Assembly: GCA_034428455.1 (NCBI GenBank) | Contig: DAOUHZ010000147.1 | Location: 75,576-139,575 of the forward strand | Source: Dehalococcoidia bacterium | GTDB taxonomy: Bacteria > Chloroflexota > Dehalococcoidia > Lucifugimonadales > UBA3495 | Reading direction: 5' to 3' | Length of the DNA stretch: 64,000 bases | Part shown: positions 1 to 8,062 of the stretch, one piece after another | Numbering within the stretch: the stretch's first letter is position 1 | Layout of the letters: every line of letters starts with the position of its first letter | The notes under the pieces: generated by a model | The model's input: only the letters and a program-made list of their open reading frames with translations | Databases searched by the model: none | What the model was told of the DNA's origin: nothing | Position numbers and translations under genes: made by a program

Positions 1-2
1 GA

Positions 3-251
3 GCCGACGGATCGACCGCCTGGGAGACCCAGCTCGATGGCGAAATCATCGCGGATCCCGTCGTTGCTGGCGACACGTTGCTGCTTGGCACTGACGGTGG
101 TGCGCTCCACGGTGTGACTATCGACGCTGGTTCGCTAGAGTGGACGCACGACCTTGGAGACTATCCAATGTCCGCCGCGCCTTCCATATCCGGCCGCACC
201 CTGTTTGTGCCCACGGTTGACGGCAAGCTCATGGCGATACAGGGGAGATGA
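3..251 (+). CDS. PQQ/BamB-like beta-propeller repeat protein, C-terminal fragment (5' end outside window)
   Basis: Frame 3 is open from the window edge to TGA at 249-251. The translation (..AWETQLDGEIIADPVVAGDTLLLGTDGGALHGVTIDAGSLEWTHDLGD..TLFVPTVDGKLMAIQGR) shows the repeating blade pattern of PQQ-like propellers. It is absent from the ORF track because no start lies in the window. Confidence 0.45.
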   Translation, partial: ADGSTAWETQLDGEIIADPVVAGDTLLLGTDGGALHGVTIDAGSLEWTHDLGDYPMSAAPSISGRTLFVPTVDGKLMAIQGR

Positions 252-268
252 AGGCCCAGCCAGCGCGG

Positions 269-297
269 TTGACGCTCGATTCCAGCGTGCCTATACT
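269..297 (+). promoter_or_regulatory. sigma70-type promoter upstream of the tam-like gene
   Basis: TTGACG (269-274), a 17-nt spacer, then TATACT (292-297), about 40 nt upstream of ATG 339. Confidence 0.45.
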
Positions 298-338
298 CGC
301 CGCAAATCCCAAAAACGAACGAGAGCGCACCACCTGAA

Positions 339-1178
339 ATGACGCAAGCAACGCCGCACCAACGTGACTTGGCCGGTGAATCCTGGGATCCGGGCCAATA
401 CCTGAAATTCGCCGATCACCGGCTGCGCCCGGCCCTGGACCTGATGGGGCGCATTCCGTTGGAACGCCCGCAGGTCGTCTACGATTTGGGTTGCGGCAGC
501 GGCAACGTTACCCGCCTGCTGGCCGACCATTGGCCCCAGGCTGATATCATAGGCATGGATAATTCCCCAGAGATGCTCGCCCAAGCATCGACATCTGTCG
601 ATGGAGCTGCACCAGCCAATGTCCGTTGGGAGGAGGGCGACCTCTCCGGATGGCAACCATCCGAAACGCCGTCGGTGTTCTTCTCCAACGCGGTGATCCA
701 GTGGGTGCCCGACCACCACGAGCTGGTGCCGCGACTGTGGAGCATGCTGCCCTCCGGCGGCTGCCTGGCCGTCCAGGTGCCACTCTCGTGGGACATGCGG
801 TCGCACCAGATCATGCGCGAAACCCTGGACAACGGCGGCGCGAACGGAGGGTCTCTGGGGTCCGAGGACCTGCGCGCTGCGGTGGGCAATCGGTGGGTGC
901 AGGACCCCGACTTCTACTATGACCTGCTGGCACCCGAGGCTAACCATCTGGACGTCTGGACTACCGAATACCAGCACGTCCTGACTGGAGACGACGCGGT
1001 TCTCGAGTGGGTCACTGGCACTGGTCTGCGTCCCATCCTCAACGGCCTGGATGACGCTGAACGAGAAACCTATCTCGCCGAATATCGGCGCCGTTTGAAC
1101 GTGGAATACCCCAAGCGGCCAGATGGGTTCACCCTGTACCCGTTCCGGCGGTTGTTCTTCGTCGCCGTTCGCCGGTGA
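339..1178 (+). CDS. tam: trans-aconitate 2-methyltransferase-like class I SAM methyltransferase
   Basis: 279-aa ORF with N-terminal W-x-P-x-x-Y-L-K-F-x-D-x-R-x-R-P (WDPGQYLKFADHRLRPALDL), SAM motif I VYDLGCGSGN, and the conserved tail LYPFRRLFFVA typical of Tam. Confidence 0.7.
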   Translation: MTQATPHQRDLAGESWDPGQYLKFADHRLRPALDLMGRIPLERPQVVYDLGCGSGNVTRLLADHWPQADIIGMDNSPEMLAQASTSVDGAAPANVRWEEGDLSGWQPSETPSVFFSNAVIQWVPDHHELVPRLWSMLPSGGCLAVQVPLSWDMRSHQIMRETLDNGGANGGSLGSEDLRAAVGNRWVQDPDFYYDLLAPEANHLDVWTTEYQHVLTGDDAVLEWVTGTGLRPILNGLDDAERETYLAEYRRRLNVEYPKRPDGFTLYPFRRLFFVAVRR

Positions 1179-1271
1179 TTGGGCGGCAATGCCGGATCGC
1201 TCTGACTTTTGTGCCCGTCGGCGCGTAAATTACGTAAACCTATCGACACTCACGCATCTGGAGGTGCAAAC

Positions 1272-2210
1272 ATGACGGTTTTGGTCTTGGGAGCTTCCGG
1301 TTTTATCGGGCCCCGCGTGGTCCGCAAGTTGGTCGAACGCGGGGAGGACGTGTACGCCACCGACATCAACCCGCTGCCTGACATTCCCGGCGTGGGCGCA
1401 GGAGACGTGCGCAGTTCGCGGGTGGACATCACCGATTTCGAGCAGGTCACCCGCGCTATCGTCGATTCGCAACCCGACCGCATCATCAATCTGGCCTACC
1501 TGCTGGGCGGCGGTGAGGGCAATCCGCACCACCAGATGCGACTGAACATCCTGGGCATGGACAACTGCTTCGAGGCAGGCCGGCTGCTGGGCGTCAACCG
1601 CATCGTCTACGCCAGCTCCGTGGCTGTCAGCGGCCAGCAGTCCAATTTCGGCGACCGCGAGATCAACGAGGACGAGGCGACCTACGGCGACAGCCAATAC
1701 GCCACGCACAAGATTTTCAACGAGTTCCAGGCCAAAATGTTCAACGAGAACTACGGCATGTCCATCACCGGCATCCGGCCGGCCAACGTCACCGGCCCGG
1801 ACAAGGTGCGTGGTTCCGTGGACCACGTGCGCTGCGTCACCCTGCCGTCCCGCGGCGAGCCCGTGAGCTTCCCCTACCGCGAGATGATGCGCCTGCCCAT
1901 CCACGTGGAGGACATCGCCGAGGCCTTCGTCCGCGTGTCGCTGGTGGACAGCAGCGAGTATCCGGTTTACAACTCCGGCGGCACCGCCATCAGCTTGGGA
2001 GACCTGGCGGAAATGGTGCGCGGCTACCTGCCGGACGCGCAGATCTCCTTCGACAACGAAGGCGGCCGGGAACACTCCGGCAATTACCTCGTCGACAACA
2101 GCCGCCTGCTCACCGAGTTCGAGCTGTCCAACCCGCCCCTGCAGCAGCGGGTCCTGGAGATCATCAACGCCGTACGCGAGGACGAGGGACTGCCGCCCGT
2201 GCGGAGTTGA
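1272..2210 (+). CDS. NAD-dependent epimerase/dehydratase family protein (extended SDR)
   Basis: Rossmann motif VLVLGASGFIGPRVV at the N-terminus and YxxxK (YATHK). ATG 1272 is preceded by GGAGGTG. The track ORF starts earlier at TTG 1209. Confidence 0.8.
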   Translation: MTVLVLGASGFIGPRVVRKLVERGEDVYATDINPLPDIPGVGAGDVRSSRVDITDFEQVTRAIVDSQPDRIINLAYLLGGGEGNPHHQMRLNILGMDNCFEAGRLLGVNRIVYASSVAVSGQQSNFGDREINEDEATYGDSQYATHKIFNEFQAKMFNENYGMSITGIRPANVTGPDKVRGSVDHVRCVTLPSRGEPVSFPYREMMRLPIHVEDIAEAFVRVSLVDSSEYPVYNSGGTAISLGDLAEMVRGYLPDAQISFDNEGGREHSGNYLVDNSRLLTEFELSNPPLQQRVLEIINAVREDEGLPPVRS

Positions 2211-2312
2211 TGTGCCGGAAATCCTTGCGACCACCGTCGTACGGTTGCTCTCCAAGACAACCGACCCCACTTCGAGTCCAAGCAAACTAAGCCGGCAGGG
2301 CAGAGCAACGGG

Positions 2313-3641
2313 CTATTCGGACGGGCACGGCTTGCCACTCCAGACCAGTTGCTCGCCGGTGTCGGCGTCGAACACGCCGTCCAGTTTGGGCGGGTTGTCG
2401 GGGTCGACGCAAGCTTCATCCAACTGCGCATGAGTTAGGCAATTTGCCGGATCCAAGCCATTGCGGCGAGACAACCTTGTGCCGGATAGATTTGCATCAG
2501 CTAACCTTGCGTCGGATAAATTCGCGCGATCTAGCCTTGTGCTGGACAGATTTGTGCGGTCTAGCCATGCGTTGGATAGATTCGTGCGGTCTAGCCATGT
2601 GCCGGATAGATTTGCATCCGAAAACCGTACGTCGGATAGCGTTGCACGAGATAGCCTCGCGTCGGATGCCATTGCTCGATTTAACTTTGCGCCGGGTAGT
2701 TTCGCGCGATCTAACCTTGCACCGCATAGGTTTGCATCAGCTAACCCTGTACCAGATAGATCTGCACGAACCAGCCACGCACCGGATAAGTTCGCACGCT
2801 CTAACCTTGCGCCAGATAGATTTGCACGAGATAACCTGGCACCGGATAGGTTTACATTAGATAACCTGGCACCGGATAGATTTACACGATCTAGCCACGC
2901 GTCGGATAAGATTGCACCAACTAACCGCGCTCCACGGAGGTCTGCCCTTCCCAAATTCGGTTTATCATTAGGCCGTTCTTCTAGGGCAATACTGTCTCGT
3001 CGGCAGGCGATGATGGCATCCATAGCAGCCTGAGTGTCCTCTCTAATCCTGTACCTGCGGCTGGCAGCCACGTAGCCCTCAGTCTGCCTTTTTCCCGCGG
3101 TTGAGTCTGGTGTAGGGTAGCGAACAAACGCGCAGAGCAGACGCATAATGTGCAAGTAGTACTGCTTTGGCTGTTCCATGGCAAGACTTTGCAACGCATA
3201 TATTCCGCCTAGGCGGACCGATAGAATCGGACTGCCCAGCATCTCCGCACCTTTTTGGTAACGCTCGTTGAATAAGCCACGTCGGTCGGTATCGGCTTGA
3301 CGCTCGGCGACATGGCTGCGCCAGAAAGCGAATATCAGCGCGATAATTCCGGCGATGCCCAGGCCAACGTTCCGCACCGTGGTGCTGTTGGGTTCCCTGC
3401 GCAGCGTTGTGACATCAGTTCCCGAACCTGGCGTCGCGCCCTTGAATTCTATGCTCACGCCGCCAGCGCGCAGCCAATCCCATTGCCAAATTGCCACAGC
3501 GACAGCAGCGGCTATCAGTAGCAGCCCCACTACCATGGCGTGCCAAACGTTATTACCGCCGGAAATGCTCTCGCGCCAACGGAGGACTGCTTGACGAACG
3601 GTTTCCAAATGGCGCCTCATTTCTCCCTCGCTGCGTTTCAC
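2313..3641 (-). CDS. membrane-anchored pentapeptide-repeat protein
   Basis: 442-aa ORF with two hydrophobic segments (VVGLLLIAAAVAVAIW, GLGIAGIIALIFAFW) and a GGIYALQSLA motif. Residues ~229-393 are uninterrupted A(D/N)LSGARL-type pentapeptide repeats. The gene is visibly lower in GC than its neighbours. Confidence 0.85.
   Translation of the reverse strand: MKRSEGEMRRHLETVRQAVLRWRESISGGNNVWHAMVVGLLLIAAAVAVAIWQWDWLRAGGVSIEFKGATPGSGTDVTTLRREPNSTTVRNVGLGIAGIIALIFAFWRSHVAERQADTDRRGLFNERYQKGAEMLGSPILSVRLGGIYALQSLAMEQPKQYYLHIMRLLCAFVRYPTPDSTAGKRQTEGYVAASRRYRIREDTQAAMDAIIACRRDSIALEERPNDKPNLGRADLRGARLVGAILSDAWLDRVNLSGARLSNVNLSGARLSRANLSGARLERANLSGAWLVRADLSGTGLADANLCGARLDRAKLPGAKLNRAMASDARLSRATLSDVRFSDANLSGTWLDRTNLSNAWLDRTNLSSTRLDRANLSDARLADANLSGTRLSRRNGLDPANCLTHAQLDEACVDPDNPPKLDGVFDADTGEQLVWSGKPCPSE
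2463..2957 (-). repeat. tandem 15-nt (5-codon) coding repeat array, about 33 units, with a 30-nt super-period
   Basis: The plus strand reads as reiterated ..gccggatagatttgca(c/t)..ctaaccttgc.. units. These translate to (A/S)(N/D)LSGA(R/W)L(S/D/E)R repeats on the minus strand. Confidence 0.85.
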
Positions 3642-3766
3642 GGTTGCGTGTAATTGGCTTGACGCTTACAGCCTATTGTAGCGGCGCGATAGAGGCAAAG
3701 GACGGTGTGACGCTAAGCATACCGGATGCCGACCTTGGCACCGTACCCTCTCAGCCGTCCCTGTGC

Positions 3767-3795
3767 TTGCCGCCGCCGGCCGCCGCCCATATAAT
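3767..3795 (+). promoter_or_regulatory. sigma70-type promoter upstream of the LLM oxidoreductase gene
   Basis: TTGCCG (3767-3772), a 17-nt spacer, then a perfect TATAAT (3790-3795). This implies a leader of about 115 nt before ATG 3919. Confidence 0.4.
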
Positions 3796-3918
3796 GCGGC
3801 CAACATTCTCAATCCCAGCGATACAGCGAAGCGCTCATCGCCCGGCGACGGATATCGCCCCTGAGCGTCGGTCCTTCGCTACGCATCCGCCGGACGCGGA
3901 CCAGGAGGAGGCTCCCCA

Positions 3919-5091
3919 ATGGCATTACCCGATCGCTTGAAGTTTGGCATCTTTATGGGTCCGTTCCACCGCGCCGGCGAGAATCCGACCCTGGCTTTGG
4001 AACGGGACATGGAACTGGTGCAGTGGCTGGATTACCTGGGCTTCGACGAGGCTTGGATAGGCGAGCACCACAGCGCGGGATGGGAGATCATCTCCTCGCC
4101 GGAGATCTTCATCGGCGTGGCAGCCGACCGCACCAAGCACATCAAGCTGGGCACGGGCGTCGTCAGCCTTCCGTATCACCACCCATTCATGGTGGCCAAC
4201 TGGATGACCCAGCTGGACCACATGACCCGCGGTCGCGTGATGCTGGGCGTCGGCCCCGGCGCGCTGCCGGGCGACGCCTACATGATGGGCATCGATCCCA
4301 CCAAGCAGCGCCTGCGCATGGACGAAGCCCTCGGCGTCATCATGCGGCTGTTCACCGAGAAGGAGCCCATTACGCACAAGAGCGACTGGTTCGAGCTGAA
4401 CGAGGCGATGCTCCAGCTGCGCCCCTACCAGACCCCGCACATGCCCATCTCTGTGGCCTCGGTACAGACCCCGTCGGGCGTCGCCCTGGCCGGCAAGCAC
4501 GGCGCGTCGGTGCTGACCATCACCACTCCCCGCGACCCCAAAGCGCCCCAGGGGCTCGAGCTGAGTGAACTGTGGGACATCTGCGAGGAATCGGCCGCGG
4601 AGCACGATCAGACGGTCGATCGCTTCGAGTGGCGCATGGTTCTACCGGTGCACTTGGCCGACACGCGCAAAGAGGCGTTTGAGCAGGCGCGCGTCGGCGC
4701 TGGCCGCTACCAGCGCGAGTACTTCGAGCACACCATGGGCCGGCCGCAGGTCGTGGACGGGCCGCCAGACAAGATCATCGATGTGATGGCCGAGCGCGGC
4801 GCATGGATCATCGGCACGCCGGACGACTGCATCGAGGGCATCAAGCGACTGGAGGAGCGCAGCGGCGGTTTCGGCGCGTTCATGGTGCAGACGGTGGACT
4901 GGGCGGCGCGGGAGCACATGCTGCACAGCTACGAGCTCATGGCTCGCCACGTCATGCCCCACTTCCAGGGCAGCGCGCAGGCGACCATCGCGTCCAACAC
5001 CTGGGCCTACGAACGTCACGAGACGCTACAGGCAGGGCGAGGCCGAGCCCTCGAGCGGGCGCGGGAAGACTACGCCAACCGGAACGCCTAA
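3919..5091 (+). CDS. LLM-class (luciferase-like) flavin/F420-dependent oxidoreductase
   Basis: 390-aa ORF. The N-terminus FGIFMGPFH...LDYLGFDEAWIGEHH and overall length are typical of bacterial luciferase-like monooxygenases. RBS AGGAGGAGG lies 8 nt upstream. Confidence 0.8.
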   Translation: MALPDRLKFGIFMGPFHRAGENPTLALERDMELVQWLDYLGFDEAWIGEHHSAGWEIISSPEIFIGVAADRTKHIKLGTGVVSLPYHHPFMVANWMTQLDHMTRGRVMLGVGPGALPGDAYMMGIDPTKQRLRMDEALGVIMRLFTEKEPITHKSDWFELNEAMLQLRPYQTPHMPISVASVQTPSGVALAGKHGASVLTITTPRDPKAPQGLELSELWDICEESAAEHDQTVDRFEWRMVLPVHLADTRKEAFEQARVGAGRYQREYFEHTMGRPQVVDGPPDKIIDVMAERGAWIIGTPDDCIEGIKRLEERSGGFGAFMVQTVDWAAREHMLHSYELMARHVMPHFQGSAQATIASNTWAYERHETLQAGRGRALERAREDYANRNA

Positions 5092-5172
5092 AGATAACGC
5101 GTTGGGGACACAGGCCGCGGGAAAGCCATGACGGCGTATTCCGGCGGCCTGTGCGTACCTGCGAGGCACACC

Positions 5173-5580
5173 ATGAGTTTCTGGGATGAAATCTACGAAC
5201 TGCGGAAGCAGGGGGAAATTCCACGGGTGTGGACGCGCGAGTGTCTGCGTCCCCATTTGATGGGGCCCTATACACCCAATTCCATAAACACTATGCCTTC
5301 GAACGGCAGCATGGCGAGAGACGGCAAACAGGTTGGCAACTATGTCAAGAATGGCCAAGAGGCCAAGGCTTGGCGAGTAGGCCCCGGACAGTTTCAACTC
5401 GTGGTTGACCCGGACGACGATACTGCAACCCAGGACGAGGAACGCCAGCGCGCGCGCGCGTATGCCCAGATTGCCCGCGCCAAAGCCTCCGGCAATCCTT
5501 ATCCCCTGCGGGGATTGCCGCTTAAATATGATCGTCCTTTCGACCCTGTTTATCCAGACGGTGAGGGGTCACCAACGTGA
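5173..5580 (+). CDS. hypothetical protein; candidate non-canonical antitoxin of the downstream PIN toxin
   Basis: ATG 5173 follows GAGG. The stop TGA overlaps the GTG start of the PIN gene (GTGA at 5577-5580). I recognise no RHH, AbrB, Phd or MerR-like motif in the translation. Confidence 0.5.
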   Translation: MSFWDEIYELRKQGEIPRVWTRECLRPHLMGPYTPNSINTMPSNGSMARDGKQVGNYVKNGQEAKAWRVGPGQFQLVVDPDDDTATQDEERQRARAYAQIARAKASGNPYPLRGLPLKYDRPFDPVYPDGEGSPT

Positions 5581-5999
5581 TCATACTGGACACCCATATT
5601 TGGGTATGGTGGGTAGAAAGTCTTGCGCAGCTTCGTTCGTCGCAAATTACCGCTATCTTGACGCAAGAGAGCGACGATGCCGGCGTGATCGGAATTTGTG
5701 CCACTACACTCTGGGAAGTCGCCATGCTCGTTCAGCGTGGCCGCATACAAATTAGTGCCGATTTGTCTGACTGGTTCGAAAACGCCCTCGCTTACCCCAA
5801 GGTGCGCGTCATTGACCTGTCTCCTGCTATCGCAATACAGTCAACCCGGTTGCCGGGCAACGGTCAGCTTCCTCCCCACGATCAGATCCGTGACCCATCC
5901 GATCAGATTATTGTTGCCACGGCGATGCATAACAACTGCCCATTGGTAACTTCCGATGGGAAGATAGTCGCATATACCGGCGTACAAACGATTTACTAG
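5577..5999 (+). CDS. vapC: PIN-domain ribonuclease, VapC-family type II toxin
   Basis: 140 aa with ILDTH (Asp5), LWEVAML (Glu), DPSDQIIVATA and LVTSDGKI (Asp), the four acidic PIN residues in canonical order. The module is lower in GC than its flanks. Confidence 0.8.
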   Translation: MIILDTHIWVWWVESLAQLRSSQITAILTQESDDAGVIGICATTLWEVAMLVQRGRIQISADLSDWFENALAYPKVRVIDLSPAIAIQSTRLPGNGQLPPHDQIRDPSDQIIVATAMHNNCPLVTSDGKIVAYTGVQTIY

Positions 6000-6068
6000 C
6001 GGGTGGGATTCGCTGGCAACGGCGTTAGTTTCCCACGTTCCAGCGCACGCCATAAACGGAGGCTCACC

Positions 6069-8033
6069 ATGCCACTGCATCCGCAAGCGCAAGAGGTAAT
6101 TGACGCAACCCGAGCCCTGGGTTTGCCGCCAGCCAACACCGTCACTCCGGCGGAAGCCCGAGCCAACGCGGCCCAGCGGCCCCGAGCGCCCGGACCCGAG
6201 GTCGGCAAAGTCCAGGACCGCAGCGTCCCGGGACCGGCCGGCGACGTGCCGGTGCGCATCTATACGCCCGAGGGGAACGGACCGTTCCCCATCCTTGCGT
6301 GGTACCACGGCGGCGGCTGGGTCGTCGGCAACCTGGACTCGGCGGACGGCACGGCGCGCCACCTGTGCGCCGGCTCCCGCTGCGTGGTGGTGTCCGTGGA
6401 CTACCGTCTGTCCCCGGAAGCCAAGTTCCCCGAGCCTTTCGACGACTGCTACTACGCCACCATCTGGGCCAGTGACCACGCCGCGGAACTGGGCGGCGTG
6501 CCTGGCGTCGTGGCGGTGGGCGGCGACAGCGCTGGCGGCAACCTGGCGGCGGCGGTTGCCATCAAGGCCGCCGAAACCGGCGACTTCCGCGTCAGCCAGC
6601 AGCTCCTGGTCTACCCGGTGACCGACGTCAAGTTCGACACCGGCTCGTATATCGACAACGGGACGGGATACAACCTCGACCGGGACGTTATGATCTGGTA
6701 TTGGGACCAGTACCTCGCTGACCCTTCCCAGGCCGGCGATCCGCTGGCGGCTCCGTTACAGTTGTCCGCCGATTTCGACGCCATCGACGAACTGGCGCCC
6801 GCGCTGATCATTACCGCGGAATACGACCCTCTATGCGACGAAGGCGAAGCCTACGGACGCTTGCTCAACGAGCTGGGCGTGCCGGCGGAAAGCAACCGCT
6901 ACGACGGGATGATCCACGGTTTCTTCGGCATGGCCAGCATCATGGACACCGCGCGCGAGGCGATGGGCGATGCCTGCCGGTTCCTGCGCGGCGCGGTGGA
7001 CGACATGACCGAGGAGTACCACCGCCGCCACGAGGGTGACCCTGCGGCGATGCGCAAGCTGTTGGATCCCCAGGCCGCCCACGTCCTGGAGTTGTTCGAT
7101 TCGATGGGCATCAAACCCTTCCAGGAAATGGACGTTAACGAGTGCCGTGAGATCATGAACAATCGTCCCCGGCCGGAGGGCCCAGAAGTGGGCAAGGTCG
7201 AGGATCTCATCATCCGCAACGAGCACGGCAAGGAACCGGGCGACGTGCCGATTCGCATCTATACGCCCGCGACTCAAGGTCCGTGGGGCACGTTGGTCTG
7301 GTACCACGGCGGCGGTTGGGTGATCGGCAACGTTGAGACCGCCGATGTCACGGCGCGCGAGCTTTGCGTTGGCGGCAACTGCGTCGTCATCTCCGTCGAC
7401 TATCGCCTTGCCCCCGAGCACAAGTTCCCCACGCCTTTCGAGGACTGTCTCACGGCGACCATGTGGGCGATGCACAACGCCGACGCCCTGGGCAGCCGCG
7501 CCGACCTGATCGCGGTGGGCGGAGACAGCGCCGGTGGCAACCTCGCTGCGGCGGTGTGCCTGGCCCAGGATGACTTCCCACAGACTTTGGCGTTCCAGTT
7601 GCTGGTCTATCCGGCCACCGATTACGCCTACGATACGCGATCCTACAACGTCAACGGACAGGGTATGTTCCTTGAAACCGCCAGCATGCGCTGGTTCTGG
7701 GACCACTACATCGACAACACCGACCTCTCCGGCTACAACATCTTCGCTTCGCCCGGAAGGGCGCGCCTGTCGGCGGACCTACCGCCCGCCCTGGTGATTA
7801 CGGCGGAGTTTGATCCGCTCCGAGACGAAGGCGAAGCCTTCGCAAGCGCCCTGGAAGACGCGGGCGTGGAAACCACCCTCGTCCGCTACGACGGCGTCAT
7901 CCACGGTTTCTTCGGTCTCCCCCATGTCATCGACAAGGGCCGCCAGGCCGTCGACGCCGCCAGCGCTCAGCTTGCCGAGGTGTTCGGCGCGGCGCTGCGT
8001 GAACCCGAGGCTCTCGTTGCCGCCGACAACTGA
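6069..8033 (+). CDS. tandem double alpha/beta-hydrolase: two fused HSL/Aes-family esterase domains
   Basis: HGGGW, GDSAGGNLAAAV, DPL(C/R)DEGEA and (M/V)IHGFFG each occur twice, about 330 aa apart. ATG 6069 is preceded by GGAGG. The track ORF starts at 6003. Confidence 0.85.
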   Translation: MPLHPQAQEVIDATRALGLPPANTVTPAEARANAAQRPRAPGPEVGKVQDRSVPGPAGDVPVRIYTPEGNGPFPILAWYHGGGWVVGNLDSADGTARHLCAGSRCVVVSVDYRLSPEAKFPEPFDDCYYATIWASDHAAELGGVPGVVAVGGDSAGGNLAAAVAIKAAETGDFRVSQQLLVYPVTDVKFDTGSYIDNGTGYNLDRDVMIWYWDQYLADPSQAGDPLAAPLQLSADFDAIDELAPALIITAEYDPLCDEGEAYGRLLNELGVPAESNRYDGMIHGFFGMASIMDTAREAMGDACRFLRGAVDDMTEEYHRRHEGDPAAMRKLLDPQAAHVLELFDSMGIKPFQEMDVNECREIMNNRPRPEGPEVGKVEDLIIRNEHGKEPGDVPIRIYTPATQGPWGTLVWYHGGGWVIGNVETADVTARELCVGGNCVVISVDYRLAPEHKFPTPFEDCLTATMWAMHNADALGSRADLIAVGGDSAGGNLAAAVCLAQDDFPQTLAFQLLVYPATDYAYDTRSYNVNGQGMFLETASMRWFWDHYIDNTDLSGYNIFASPGRARLSADLPPALVITAEFDPLRDEGEAFASALEDAGVETTLVRYDGVIHGFFGLPHVIDKGRQAVDAASAQLAEVFGAALREPEALVAADN

Positions 8034-8062
8034 CCCGCGACACCACCACAGGAGTTACTACC

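Noticed and set aside
154-342. 62-aa plus-strand ORF bridging the first two genes
   Set aside because: It overlaps the end of the propeller fragment out of frame and covers the predicted tam promoter. It is not credible as a gene.
1230-2285. 351-aa minus-strand ORF
   Set aside because: It is antisense to the SDR epimerase gene.
2440-2960. Regular short repeats that could be mistaken for a CRISPR array
   Set aside because: The period is 15/30 nt with no unique spacers. The whole array lies in frame inside a long ORF and translates to pentapeptide repeats.
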